DNA of 64,000 nucleotides from Rebecca billardiae RCC1528 (taxonomy: Eukaryota > Protista > Haptophyta). The position numbers were made by a program, and so were the translations under genes. The stretch covers positions 186,001 through 250,000 of the forward strand of contig OZ251238.1 in NCBI GenBank assembly GCA_965240325.2. Direction: 5' to 3'. How positions within the stretch are numbered: the stretch's first letter is position 1; the number at the start of each line of letters is the position of its first letter. The notes under the pieces are model-generated. The model did no database searches. It saw nothing but the letters and a program-made list of their open reading frames with translations, and was not told where the DNA came from. Shown here in pieces: positions 46,972-58,800 of this stretch.

Positions 46972-48637
46972 TCACTTCTTGGCAGTGCTCACCGCGCCCT
47001 CTGGCACGTCCCACCACTCCTCGGGCTTGCGCTCGGCGTCCGGAGCCTGCGGGCGCGCGCGCGGAGCGCACAAACCGCGCTGGCTGAGCTCGCGCACGGC
47101 CGGGCGCGGGTGCGCGCGTGCGCGGCGCGGTCGCGTCGCGCGGTCGCGTCGCGCGGTCGCGCGCACGTCCTTGCCGAGCTTGCTCAGCTTGAGGAGGAAG
47201 GGGACGTAGTAGTAGACCGCCCACGGGCCGATCACGAGGAAGTTGAAGAACACGCGCCACACCACGGGCACGGTGCTCGAGAAGAAGATCCCCTTGTCGC
47301 ACGTCATGAAGTAGACGATGGCAAAGATCGTCTGCAGCGCGTACGAGGACAGCCCGAACTGGCGGTGCATGTCCCAGTCCCACGCCTTGCCCTTGTACCA
47401 GCCCCAGTAGAGCGCGTACATGAAGGGCAGGTCGAGGATCGGGTAGACCGACGTGATGAACGCGTCGTAAAAGTTGATCGTCCACCTGCGCCGCCGCGCA
47501 CACGCGGCGGCGCGGGATGGCGGGGCGCGCCGCTCGGCGCCGCGCGCCGCTCGGCGCCGCGCGCCGCAGGCCGGCCACGGCGGGGCCGCGCAGGCGCGGC
47601 CGCGCACCTAAAGTCGTGGACGTCGAGCGTGAAGAGCTGGACGACGAAGGTGCTCAGGCACACGCTCCAGCCCACGCACGAGAGCGCGTGCAGCCCCGCC
47701 ACCACCTTGGCCGGGTACACCTTGAAGATGGTCGCCTCCGCCATCCCCGAGTTGACAAAGCCGCACGCAAACGCGATCAGGAAGCCCGCGCGCGACATCT
47801 CGTGCCACGGCGAGTAGCTGCCGTTGGTGACGGACTGCCACGCCTGGCTCGGGTACAGGTTGACCGCCGGGAAGCCTGCGGGGCGGCGCGCAGCCGGAGG
47901 GCCGGTGGGCGCGGTGCGTGCCGCGCCGGCCGCGGGCGCGGCGCGCGGCCGCGCGCCGCCGCGCGCCGCCGCGCGCGCGCACCCTCGTCGGCGGCGCCGC
48001 GCAGGATGGCGAGCAGGCTGCCGGTGACGGTCATCTCCCACGGGATGGCGAGCAGCTGCGTCACCACCAGCTTCTTGAACCAGCCGTGGAAGCTCGGCCC
48101 GCCGAGCACGAACGTGGCGAACATGAGCGTGTACGAGGAGAAGGCGCCAAACACGTGCAGCAGGTCGACCACAACCTTGGCGGTCAGGTGCGGCGGCAGC
48201 ACGGCGTGGCCGATGACGAGCGAGTGCACCGGCGTGTTGACGATGTCGTCCCGGAACAGCGAGCACTCGCCCATCGGCTTGAACAGCGGGCAGCCTCCGG
48301 ACAGCGTCTGCATACAGATCTCGCTCGAGATCGCGTTGTTGTTGTGGAACGCCGCGCGGCGCAGGCCGGACATGGGCACGGTCGCCGGGTCGCCGAAGCC
48401 GCCGAGCGCGCGGATGGACTCGTAGATCGCCTCCACCAGCATCCAGATGAAGAACAGGAAGACCACGGCGATCATCCCGCCCTTGAGCGGCGAGAGCTCC
48501 TCGGCCGCCTTCTCCTTCTCGATGCGCGCCGCCACCTCCGTGTCGGTCGGGCCCTCGGCGGGCGCGGGCTCGTCGCTCTTCAGGCCGCGCTCGTCCGCGA
48601 TCGGCTGCTTCTCGGGCTGCGAGGCGCAGATCCCCAT
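46972..48637 (-). CDS. Polytopic membrane protein, DUF2306-like His pattern; exons 48637-47983, 47875-47608, 47485-47167, 47046-46972
   Basis: Three GT-AG introns give one continuous frame. ~7-8 TM helices; LLHVFG...FHGW and WDMHRQ motifs; N-terminal MGIC acylation motif. Confidence 0.75.
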
Positions 48638-49413
48638 GGCTGGCTGCGCGAGGCTGGGTAGAAGGGGCGCGCGCGCGGCGTGGGCCGGCCAACAGCTCCG
48701 ACGAGACCCGACTCACCGACCGCTCTGTGAGTGCGACCGGCTACGGCGCCAGCTGGCGGCGGCGGCTCCGCGCGTGCGCACCGCGCGCGCGCGCTTTTGT
48801 GATCAAGCCGGGCTCATTGAGCTACCCGTACGCCTATGACGGTATGCAGATTCGTCCGGCCAACGCCGAAAAGTGAGCCGCCCTTTGGCTCGGCAGCCAA
48901 TCAAGTAGTCGAACGTGTGGCGCTCATGATCCGGGGCGTGCTCATGAGGAACCGGAACGGCACGAAACTCCGCCGAGTGAATTAGCAAGGAATGTACCCG
49001 CCTTAAGTTCCCTACCCGCTTCATACATACAGAATCGATATCAAGACCATTGAATCCTACGTCAATCAATACTCATCTCTATGCGACTATCATACTTCAT
49101 CATGACTGCCCCCCGCGCCGGCGGGACAGTCCACTGAGTCGTTCACCGTTGCCGACAGTCGCGAGCCCCGCGGCCGCCGGCACGGCCTTTCGGCGACGAC
49201 TACGTCGGCCGACTACGCGCGTGGCATTGCGCGACGACTCGGCAGCGCGCGCTGCGCGGAGCCTGTCCTGCGGGCGCATCGTGCCCTGCCGCGTGCCGCG
49301 CGCCTGCCGGTCGCCAGGGCAATGCGGCGGCCGCGCTCAGAGCCCGCCGGCGCCCACCGGCCGTCGGGGCGCTCCCGACTGCTGCTCAGCACCCGCCTGC
49401 GCAGCACTCCTGC

Positions 49414-52076
49414 TCAGCCGAAGAGCGAGTCCGAGGGCGACTGCGGCGCGTCCCTCGGCGGCGTGTCGCCCAGCCCGAGCGCCGCTGAGAAGTCGACCAC
49501 CCCCGACAGCCCCATCTCGTCGAGGCAGCCGCCCAGCGTGCCCGCCGCGCTGCCGCCCGCGCCGCCCGCGTCGCTGCCAGGGCCGGTGGCGCCGGGCGAG
49601 GGCAGCGACGCGGCCGAGAGCAGCGAATGCGAGCGCTTGCGCTTGGCGGCGGGCCCGGCGGTGGTCGGGCTCGGCGGGTTCGCTGCGTGCCCGCACGGAG
49701 CGCGCGCGCACACGCACGCACGCGCACACGCGCGCGCGCACGCGCGCACGCACGCACGCACGCGAGGTGGCGGGGCGCGCGTGAGCGCCAGCGCGCGCGC
49801 TCGCACAGCGCGCGCACGCGCGCCACGCGCCGCGGCCGCGCCCACACCGAGCGCGGGCAGGCTCTCGTCGCGCGAGACCACGTAGCCCGGGTGCTTCGCC
49901 AGCCACTGCTCGAGGTTCTTCAGCATGGGCGCCGCCCGGCCCGAGAGCGAGTCCCGAGTCGCCGGGTTGTGCACGGTCACGCGCTGCCGGCCCGGGTCGT
50001 CTGGCGCGGCGGGGGCGCCGCGCGAGGCGGACTGCGAGTGGGACGCCGAGTGCGCGCCGCCGCTGCCGCCGCCGCCGGCGCACGGCGAGGGCGGCTGCGC
50101 GGCGTGGCGCGGCGCGGCGCGCGCGCGGGCGCGGGGAGGGGCGGGTGGCGTGAGGGCGCGCGCGCACGGCGGCACGCGGCTCGTTCGCGGCGGCGGCGGC
50201 GCGCGAGCCGGGCGCGCGCGGGCGCAGGGCGCACACATCCATGCGGCCTGGCGCGCCGCCGCCGCCAAAGCAGCACGCGCACGGCGGCGTCGAGCCGAGC
50301 GCGCCGCCCGTGGCGCTGAGCAGCGCGTCGTATCGGCCGCCGCCGCCCGCGCGCTGCGCCGCCGAGCCGCCGCCGAGCGGCACTCCGCCGCCGATCGCGG
50401 CCAGCCCGTGCGCGCCCGGCGCGGCGGGTGGCGCGTCCCCATGGCTGAGCTGCCTGTGCAGCGCCAGCCCGGCGCAGCCGCCCTCGGCGCCGGCAGCAGC
50501 GCCGCCCTCGGCGGCAGCGCCGCCGCCCTCGCCCCTGGGCGGCGGCTCCCCGATCCCGAGGATCGAGTCGAACAGCCCCGCGCTGCTGCCGCCCTCGCCC
50601 TCGGCGCCGCCGAGCGCGAAGACCAGCAGAGGCTCATCCAGGGCGGACGCGTCGAGACCGGCGGCGGCGGCGAGGGCGGCGCCGCCGCTCGCGAGCTCGG
50701 AGGGGCCGCCCGGCGCGCCGCCGAGCGGGTGCGCCGAGCCGGCGGCCGCCGCCGCGCCGCCCTTTGCACGCCGGCCCTTGGCGCCCTTCGGCCCGGCGGC
50801 GCCGCCCGCCCGTGCGCCGCGGCCGCGCCCGCCGCCCGCCTTGGCGCCGCCCAGCGGCACCGCCGCCACGCCCGCGGCCGGCCCGCCGTCTAGCGGCATC
50901 GCGTGCACGCCGCCGTTCGCGCAGCCGGCATGGGCGGCGCGCCCGCCGGCCGTGGCGCCGCCCGGCTCCATGGCGCACGCGGCGGCGGCGGCGGCGGCGG
51001 CCTTGGCGCGCGCGCCGCCCCGCCCGCCGCCACGCCCGCCGACGGCGGAGGCGGTGGCGACGGCCCACGGCCCGGCGCCGGCCGCGTGTCCGCCCGCCGC
51101 GTCCGCCGCGTCCGCCGCCGCCGCGAGCGCCGCCGCCGCGCTCGCCGCCCTCGACGCCGTCGCCTGCGTCGTCGCCAGCACGCCGCCCTCGCCCGCGCCG
51201 CCCGTCAGCGTCGCCGTCGCCGGCAGCCGCGCCCACCCGCCCATCCCGAGGAAGTCTCGCACGGCGGCGCGCTGCCGCGGCCGCAGCAGCGAGGCGCTGG
51301 ACAGGCGCGCGAGCTCGGTGGACGAGGCGTAGGTGTCCGCACTGGCCTGCGCGGCGGTGGAGAGCCCGCCGCCGGCGCCGCCGCCCGGCGCGGCCTTGCG
51401 CGCGCCGCCCGGCGGCGGCTGCCACGAGCCCGCCGCGCCGCCGCCGCCGCCCGCCGCCGCCGCCTCCGCCCTGCGCAGCTGCAGCGCGCGGATGCGTGCG
51501 CGCACGCGCGCGATGCCCGGCGGCGCGCCCGGCGGCGCGCCGGCCGGCGGCGCGGCGGCGCGAGCGCCGGCGCACGGCACGGCGGCGGGCGAGACGCGCG
51601 CCGCGCGCGCGCCGCCGCTGCCGCTGCCCGGGGTGCCGCCGTCGCCGCACCCGCACCCGCCGCCGCACGCGCCGCCGCACCCGCACCCGCACGCGCCGCC
51701 GCCGCTGCGCGGCGTGGCCGCGGCGGCCGCCGCGGCCGTGGCGTGGCTGCCGAGCGCTGACGGCTCGGCGCGCGGCGTGCCGAGCTGCGGCGACGCCGCC
51801 CGCGCCATCGGCGCGCTGGGTGGGCTGGGCGCGCACGGGCTCCACGCCATCGGCTCGGCGCCCTCCGCCTCCGCGCCGCCATCCGGCGCCGGCGCGCCGC
51901 CGCCGCCGCTGCCGGCGCGCGCGCCGCCCGCCGCGCCCGCGCCCGCCGCGGCGGGCGCGGCGCTGGGCGCGGCGGGCGCGCCCTCGGCAGCGGCGGCGGC
52001 GGCGGCGCGAGGGGACGCGGAGCGCACGCCCGCGCCCGCGCGCGGCAGCCCGTTCGCCGCCGCCGCCGCCGCGGGC

Positions 52077-52107
<31 letters not shown>

Positions 52108-52675
52108 TCGCGGCGGCCGCGGCGAGCAGCGTGTCGCGCGGCGTGCTCGCGGTGGCGCGGAGGCAGGCGTTGGCGAGCGCGGCGGGGTCGGCGGCGGGCG
52201 CGCAGCGCAGCGCGAGCGCGAGCGCCTCGATCAGCTGCGCGAGCACGCCGGCCAGCATCCCGACCGCGTGCTCGGACGCGAGCTCGAAGCCCGCCTCTGC
52301 GGCGAGCAGGAGGCACGCCTCGGCGAGGCCGCGCTCGGCGAGGGCGGGGCCGAGCGTGGGGCCGGCGCCGCGCGCGCGGCCGGGAGTGAGCGAGAACACC
52401 GCCGCGTCCGCGCCGGCCGGCGCGCCGGCCGGCCGCGCCGCCCCGCCGCGCGGCTCGAACGGGAGCGGCGGCGGCGGCGGCCGCGCCGCCGGCCGCGCCG
52501 CCGCGGCCGCGCCGCCGGCGGGCGGGGCGGCGGCGGGCGGCGCGCCGTGCGCGGGCGCGAGTACGAGGGCCGCGATGTCGAGCGCGGGCCCGTCCGCCGC
52601 GGGCGCGCCGTCGAGCAGCGGGAACTCCTCCGCCTCCGCGACGGCCGCGGCGCCGCCCGCGGCCCACTGCCACAT
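49414..52675 (-). CDS. Bromo_TP (TAF8/TAF3/SPT7-type histone fold) + BRK domain protein; exons 52675-50237, 50094-49848, 49682-49414
   Basis: LAEACLLLAAEAGFELASEHAVGMLAGVLAQLIEALA (BTP fold); RQRVTVHNPATRDSLSGRAAPMLKNLEQWLAKHPGYVV (BRK); KRKR NLS; splice phases consistent. Confidence 0.75.
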
Positions 52676-52808
52676 GGCGACCTGCGCCGGCTCGGCAAGC
52701 CCAAGAGGCAGGTGCCGCCCGGACTGCGCGCGCGCCGCCGCCCCGGCCGGACTGGCCTTTGCGCGGCGGGCTTAGATAGCAGGGCGGCCGTTAGCCCGTT
52801 GCGCAGCC

Positions 52809-53338
52809 ATGGCGCAGGGCTACCGCAACCAGGACGAGCGCCTCGCCGAGCTCGCGCGCCACTCCGCGCGCCTCCTCGCACACGTGCGCGAGCTCGCCGA
52901 CGAGGGCGCGCTCGGCGACGCGGACGGCGGCGGCGCCTCGTCGGCGCGCGAGCTGCTCAAGCCGCTCTACTCGCGCGCGGTGCCCGCCGCGCTTCTGGCG
53001 CACTCGCTGCGCGAGTACGCGGTGGCGCAGGCCGCGCCCGACGCCGACGACGCCGAGCTCCGCGCCGCGCGCCACCGCCACGACTCGGCGCGCAAGCTGC
53101 GCGCGCGGCTGCGCGAGTGGGGCGACGGCGGCCTCGCCGAGCGCGCCGCGGCGGACGTGACCGTGGTGCCGGAGCTGCAGCGCGAGCGCGCGGCGGGCGT
53201 GATCGGCCGCGCCGTGCGCCGCCGGTACGACGCGCGCACGCTCGCCGCGCGCCGCGGGCAGCACGCGCGCGCGCTCCTCGACGCGCGGCTCGACGAGCCA
53301 ACGCGCGCCGCGCTCGAGGCGGCGCGCGCCGCCAAGGC

Positions 53339-53374
<36 letters not shown>

Positions 53375-53480
53375 GCGCTCAATTGCGGAGCAGGACCGCG
53401 CGCGCGAGAAGGCGCGCGAGCGCGCGCGCGCGCGCGCCGTGCGCGCCGCCACCGCCGCCGTCTCGCGGCCCGCCACGCCG

Positions 53481-53511
<31 letters not shown>

Positions 53512-54822
53512 CGGCGGCCCGCGGCGCGGCGGCCGGCGGCGCGCGCGCGGGCGCGGCCGGTGCGGGCGCGGCCGGTGCGGGCACGCTCGCCGAGGCGTGC
53601 GCGCTCGCCGCGCAGGTCGAGCGCGAGGCGGCCGCGCTGGCGGCGCCTCTGGAGAAGCACCGCGTCGCCACCATCCAGCGGCAGCTGCGCGCGCGCCGCC
53701 AAGCGCGCGCCGGCTCGCCCGAGGGCCAAGCGCGCCACGCGCGCGCCGGCGGCGCGGCCGGCGCGGCGGCGGCGCCGGGCGGCACGCCGCCGCGCGCCGC
53801 CGGCGCCGCGGGCGGCGGCGCGAACGCCGCGGCGGAGGCGGAGGCGGAGGCGGAGGCGGCCTCCGCCCTCGCGCGCGACGCGTCCGCGGCCGCGCGCGCG
53901 CTGCTGCCCCGCCGCGGCCGCGAGCTCGTCGCCGCCCTCGCCTCTGACGCGTGGCCCGGCGACGGCCCGGCGCGCGGCGTGGGCGCCCTGCCGTGCGCGC
54001 GGCTCGACGCGCTGCGTGCGGCGTATGCGCGCGAGGCGGGCGGCGGCGCGCGGCTCGCGGCGGCGGTGGCGGCGGCGGCGGCGGAGGCGGGCGGCGGCGC
54101 CGAGCGCGCCTCCGCCGAGGCGGTGTTGCTCGCGCTGTGCCGCACCGACGAGCGCGGCAGCGCGCTCGACGCCGCCGCCGACGCGCTGCGCGTGCTGCGC
54201 GCGAGCGCCGCGCTCGGCGGCGGCGCCGAGGGCGGCGGCGCCGACGCGGCGGCGGCGGCCTCGGCGTGCGACGCGGCGCGCGCGCTGCGCGGCGCGGCGC
54301 GCGGCGTGCGCGCGTGCGCGCTCGAGGCGGTGCCCGCCGAGCCGAGCCTCGAGGACGAGGCGGAGGACGCGCCGCCGCCGCCGCAGCGCGCGGCCGCCGC
54401 GCGCGCGGCCGCGCAGCGCGCGCTGGTGTGCGCGCTCTGCGGCCGCTCCGATGAGCGCGTGCGCGCGTGCGCGCGCGTGCTCGGCGCGGCGGCGCGCGCG
54501 GCGCGCGGCGGCGGCGGCGGCGGCGCGGTGCTCGAGGCGGTGCTCGGCGGGATGGCGGGCGGCGCGGGCAGCGCGCTGCCCGACGCGGAGCTCGAGAAGG
54601 AGGGCACCGCGCTCATCGACGCGGCCGTGCGCGGCCTCGGGACGCCCGGCGCCGCGTGGCGCGTCGTGTGTGCGCACCGCACGCACCGCGCGGCGCGCGC
54701 GCGCGCGGACGCGGCGGCCGCGGCCAGGGGCGCGGCGGCCGCGCAGCAGCCGCCGCTGACGCCGCGCGTGTACCGCGGCATCGGCCCGCCGCCCGCGGCC
54801 GGCGCGCCGCCCGGCGCGTACC

Positions 54823-54894
<72 letters not shown>

Positions 54895-55805
54895 GCGGCG
54901 GCGGCGCGGGCGCGCTGCACGCTACGATGGCGGCGGCGGCGGACAGCGCGGCGGTGCGCGCGTGGGCGGCGGCGCAGGCGGCGCGGCTCGCGCGCGCGCT
55001 CGACGCGCTCGACGCGCTCGGCGGCGCGGCGCCCGACGCGCGCGCCCCCGACGCCGCCACGCGCGCCGCCCTCACCGCCCTCGCCGAGCGCACCCTGGTC
55101 GACGTCTTGGGCACGGCCTCGCGGCGCGAGCTGCGCGCGCTCAAGCGCGCGTATGAGGCGGCCGCGGGCGCGCGGCGCGCGGGCGCGCCGCGCCGGCTGG
55201 CGCGCGCGGTGGTGGCGGCGACGCGCGCGGAGCTGCAGACGGCGCTCGCGCACGCGGTGAAGCGCGCGCCCGGCCGCGCGGTCGGCGCCACCAGCCGCGC
55301 GCACGCCGCCTGCCTGCGCGCGGCCGCGCGCTCCGCGCTCCCGTGGGCGCGCGCGCACGCCGCCGCGCTCGTCGGCTGCGCGGCGCCGGACGCGCAGCTG
55401 CGCGGCACCGCGGCGGCGCTCGCGCGCGAGGGCGGCGGCGAGCTGGCGGCGGAGGGCGGCGGCGACGGCGCCGCCGAGCTGTGCGTCGCGCTCCTCGACG
55501 CGGTCGGCGAGCCCGCCGCGGCGCTCGGCGCGCCCTCGCCCCTCAACCTGTGCACACTGCCGCCGCTGGCAGCGCTGCTCGCGCACCGCGCGCGCACAGC
55601 ACTCGCGCCCAGCCGCACGGCGCGCGCGCCGCCGCCCGGGCTCGGCGTCACGTTCGTCGCGCCCGAGCCCGCGGCGGGCGGCGGCGGCGGCGTGCTCGCG
55701 CGCCCGCCGCCGCGCTCGAGCTCGCCCCCGCTGGGCGCATCGCTCGGCTCACCGCTCGGCGCGCGCTCGCACACGGCCAGCTGGGGCGCCGCCGCCGCAG
55801 CCACC

Positions 55806-55836
<31 letters not shown>

Positions 55837-58800
55837 GCTGGAGTGCTGCGGAGGTGGTGGCGCGCGTGCGCGAGCTGCTTGGCTGGGGCGCGGCGGGCGG
55901 CGGCGGCGAGATCGACCTCGCGTGCGCCGAGGAGCTGTGCGCGCTGCTGCTGCCCCTCTCGGCCGCGCAGCTCGATGAGTGCGCGCGCGCGCACGCCGCG
56001 CGCGCGCAGCAGCAGCAGCCGCAGCCGCAGGGCGACGCCGCGCCGCCGTTTGCCGCGGCGGTGCGGCAGCTGCTGATGCGGGAGGCGAACGACGACGAGG
56101 AGGACGCGGCGGAGGGCGAGGACGCGCGCGCGGCCGGTGCGCCCGGCGGCGGCGGCGCGGACGGCTGGGACCACCTCGAGGGCGAAGGCGGCGCGGACAG
56201 CGTCTCGGACGGCGGCAGCGGCAGCGACGGCGGCGGCGGCGGCGGCGGCGGCGGCGCGGGCGCGTCGCGCGCGCACGGCGCGGCCGCGGCGCGCGGCGGC
56301 GGCGGCGGCGCGTCGCACGCGTCGGCCGCGCGCGAGGCTGGCGCGGTCGACGAGCTGTGCCGCCTGCTGAGCCGCGCGCTCGGCCGCACGGACGACCCTG
56401 CGCACGGCTTCACCGCACACAGCCACGCGCAGCTGCTCCGGGCGGCCACCGCCGCGCTCGAGGCGGTGGACGGGCCGCACGCGCGGGGCGCCCACGGCGG
56501 CGGCGGCGGCGCGGCGGCGGCCGCGCGGCCGCACTCGGCCGCGCCGCGCCTCGGCGCCGCCGCCGCGTCGGCGCGCGGCGCGGACGCCCCCACCACGCCC
56601 GTCCGCACGCGCGCGGCGCGGCTGCGGCGCGCGTGCCGCGCGCTCGGCGCCGCGCAGGCGGCGGACCGGCTGCACCTGGAGGCGTGCGAGGCGGCGGTGC
56701 GCGCCGCGCTCGGCGAGGGCGCCGACCCCGACGCCGCGCCCGCGCCGCCGCCGCCGGCCGCGGGCCCGCGCTTCGAGACGCTGCTCGTGGGCGTCGGGCC
56801 GCGCGCGACGGCGGCGGCGGGCACGCTGCGCGCGGCCGACGCGGCGCGGCGCGCGCGCGTGCGCGCGCGCCGCGAGAAGGACGGCGGCGAGGGCGGCGCG
56901 CCGCCCACGGCGGCGAGCCGGCTGCCGCCCGCCGCGGCGGCGGCGAACGCCGCGGCGGCGGCGGCGGGCGCGGCGACCCTGCCCCCGCTCTCGGCCGCCG
57001 GGCCGCTCGCCACCGCGACCGCGCCCGCGTGGCGGCGCGGCGGCGCGGCGTTCACCCTGCGCGGCATGCGCGCGCTGTGCGCGGCGCCGCCGCCGCCGCC
57101 GCGCGCGCGCTCGGCAGCGGGCTGCGCGCGCACGCTGCGCGCGCGCACGCGGCTGCGCGGGCTGCTCCTCCTCGCGACGAGCCGCGCGCTCGCGCTGCTC
57201 GGCGCGCAGGCGCGCGCGCTGCTCGCGCACCGCGCGGTGCTGATCACGCTGATCGGCTCGGCCTCAGACGCGCAGCTGCACGGCAGCAGCCTCGCGTTCA
57301 GAGCGGCGCACGCGCGCGCCCTCAGCCTGGAGGGCGCGCTGCGCCGCGCGCTGCACCCGGCCGACCCGCTGCGCGCGGCGCTCGTCACGCGGCTGCGCGC
57401 CGCGCACTCGTGCGCCTCGCCCGCGCGCTGGGCGGCCGCGTGCGCGCGCCGCGCCGCCGCCGCGCTCGCCGCGCGCGACGTGGGCGCGCTCTGTGCGCTG
57501 CTGTGCGCCACGGCCGCGCCCGCGCTGCGCGCCGTGCGAAGGGCCTTCCGCGAGGCCGCGGCCGGCGGCGGCGGCGGCGGGCTCGGCGGCGCGCGGCCGC
57601 GCTCGCTGCGGCGTGCGCTGCTGCGCGCGCTGCCGCCTTCGGCCACGCGCGCCGCGCTGCTCGCCGCGCTGCGCCGCCGCGACGGCGGCGCGAGCGCGGC
57701 GCTGGCCGCGGCACTCGGCCGCGGCCTCGCGCCCGCGGCCGACGGCGCGGCGCGGCCGCCCGCCTCCGAGCTGTGCGCCGCGCTGTGCGGGCTCTCGGAC
57801 GAGCAGCTGCGCGCGACGTGCGCGGCGTACGCGCGCGCGGCCGGCGGCGAGTCGCTGCCGCTCGGCCTCGAGCGCGCGCTCCGCGGCGGCGCGGCCGGCG
57901 TCGACGAGGCGGCGGCGGGCGCGGCGCGCGTGCTGCGCGCGCGCCTCGCGGCCGTCTCGCGCGCGCCGCCGCTCGCGCGCGCGCTCGCCGAGGCGCGCGC
58001 GCTCTCGGCCGCAGTCGCCGCGGCGGGCGAGCGCGCCGCGCTGCGCGCGCTCGGCCTGCGGCTCGAGGGCTACGCGCCGGGCGACTACCGCCTGCTGCAC
58101 AACCGCGCGGCCAGCGTCTTCGCGCTGCACCGCGAGTTCGCCTCCCTGTACGGCCGAGGCGCCGTGCTGCCGCGGCTGCCGCCGCGCCCGCCGCCGCTCG
58201 CGCCCGCGCCCCGACGCGCCGCGCGGCCGGCGAGCGCGGGCGGCGGCGGCGGCGCGGGCGGCGGCGCGGTGGGCGCGGCCGGGGCGGCGGGCGCGCTCAC
58301 GCTCGGCGGCGTGGCGGTGGGCAGCGCGCAGGAGGAGACGCGCGTCACCATCCTCAGCGGCAACCTCTACGCTCTGCCCGAGCCACCCGGCGCGGCGGGC
58401 GCGGGCGGCGCGGCGGGCGCGGGCGGCGCGGCGGGCGCGGGCGGCGCGGCGGGCGCGGGCGGCGGCGAGCGCGGCGGCGGCGGCGCGGCGGCGCGCGCGG
58501 ACGGCGGCGGCGCGAGCGCGGCCGCCGAGCCCGCGGCGGCCGCGCCCGCCGCGGCGGCGGAGGGCGCGGAGGGCGGCGCGGCCGCGCCGAGCGCGCCCTC
58601 CGCCGACGCGCCCGCGGGCCGGCTGGTCGTGCGCTTCAGCGCCAAGGGCGGGCGCGTGCTCAGCACCGCGCTCACGGCGCGCGAGGCCGAGGCACTGCGC
58701 GCCGCGCAGCCGCGCGCGCCCGAGCACCTGCAGCCGCGCGCGGGTGCGGCGGACGGGTGCGGCGGCGGCGCGGCGCAGGCACGCGCGGAGGCGCCGCTCT

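Noticed and set aside
46972-48637. Rhodopsin or GPCR
   Set aside because: No retinal-binding Lys motif in the last helix and no GPCR signature seen
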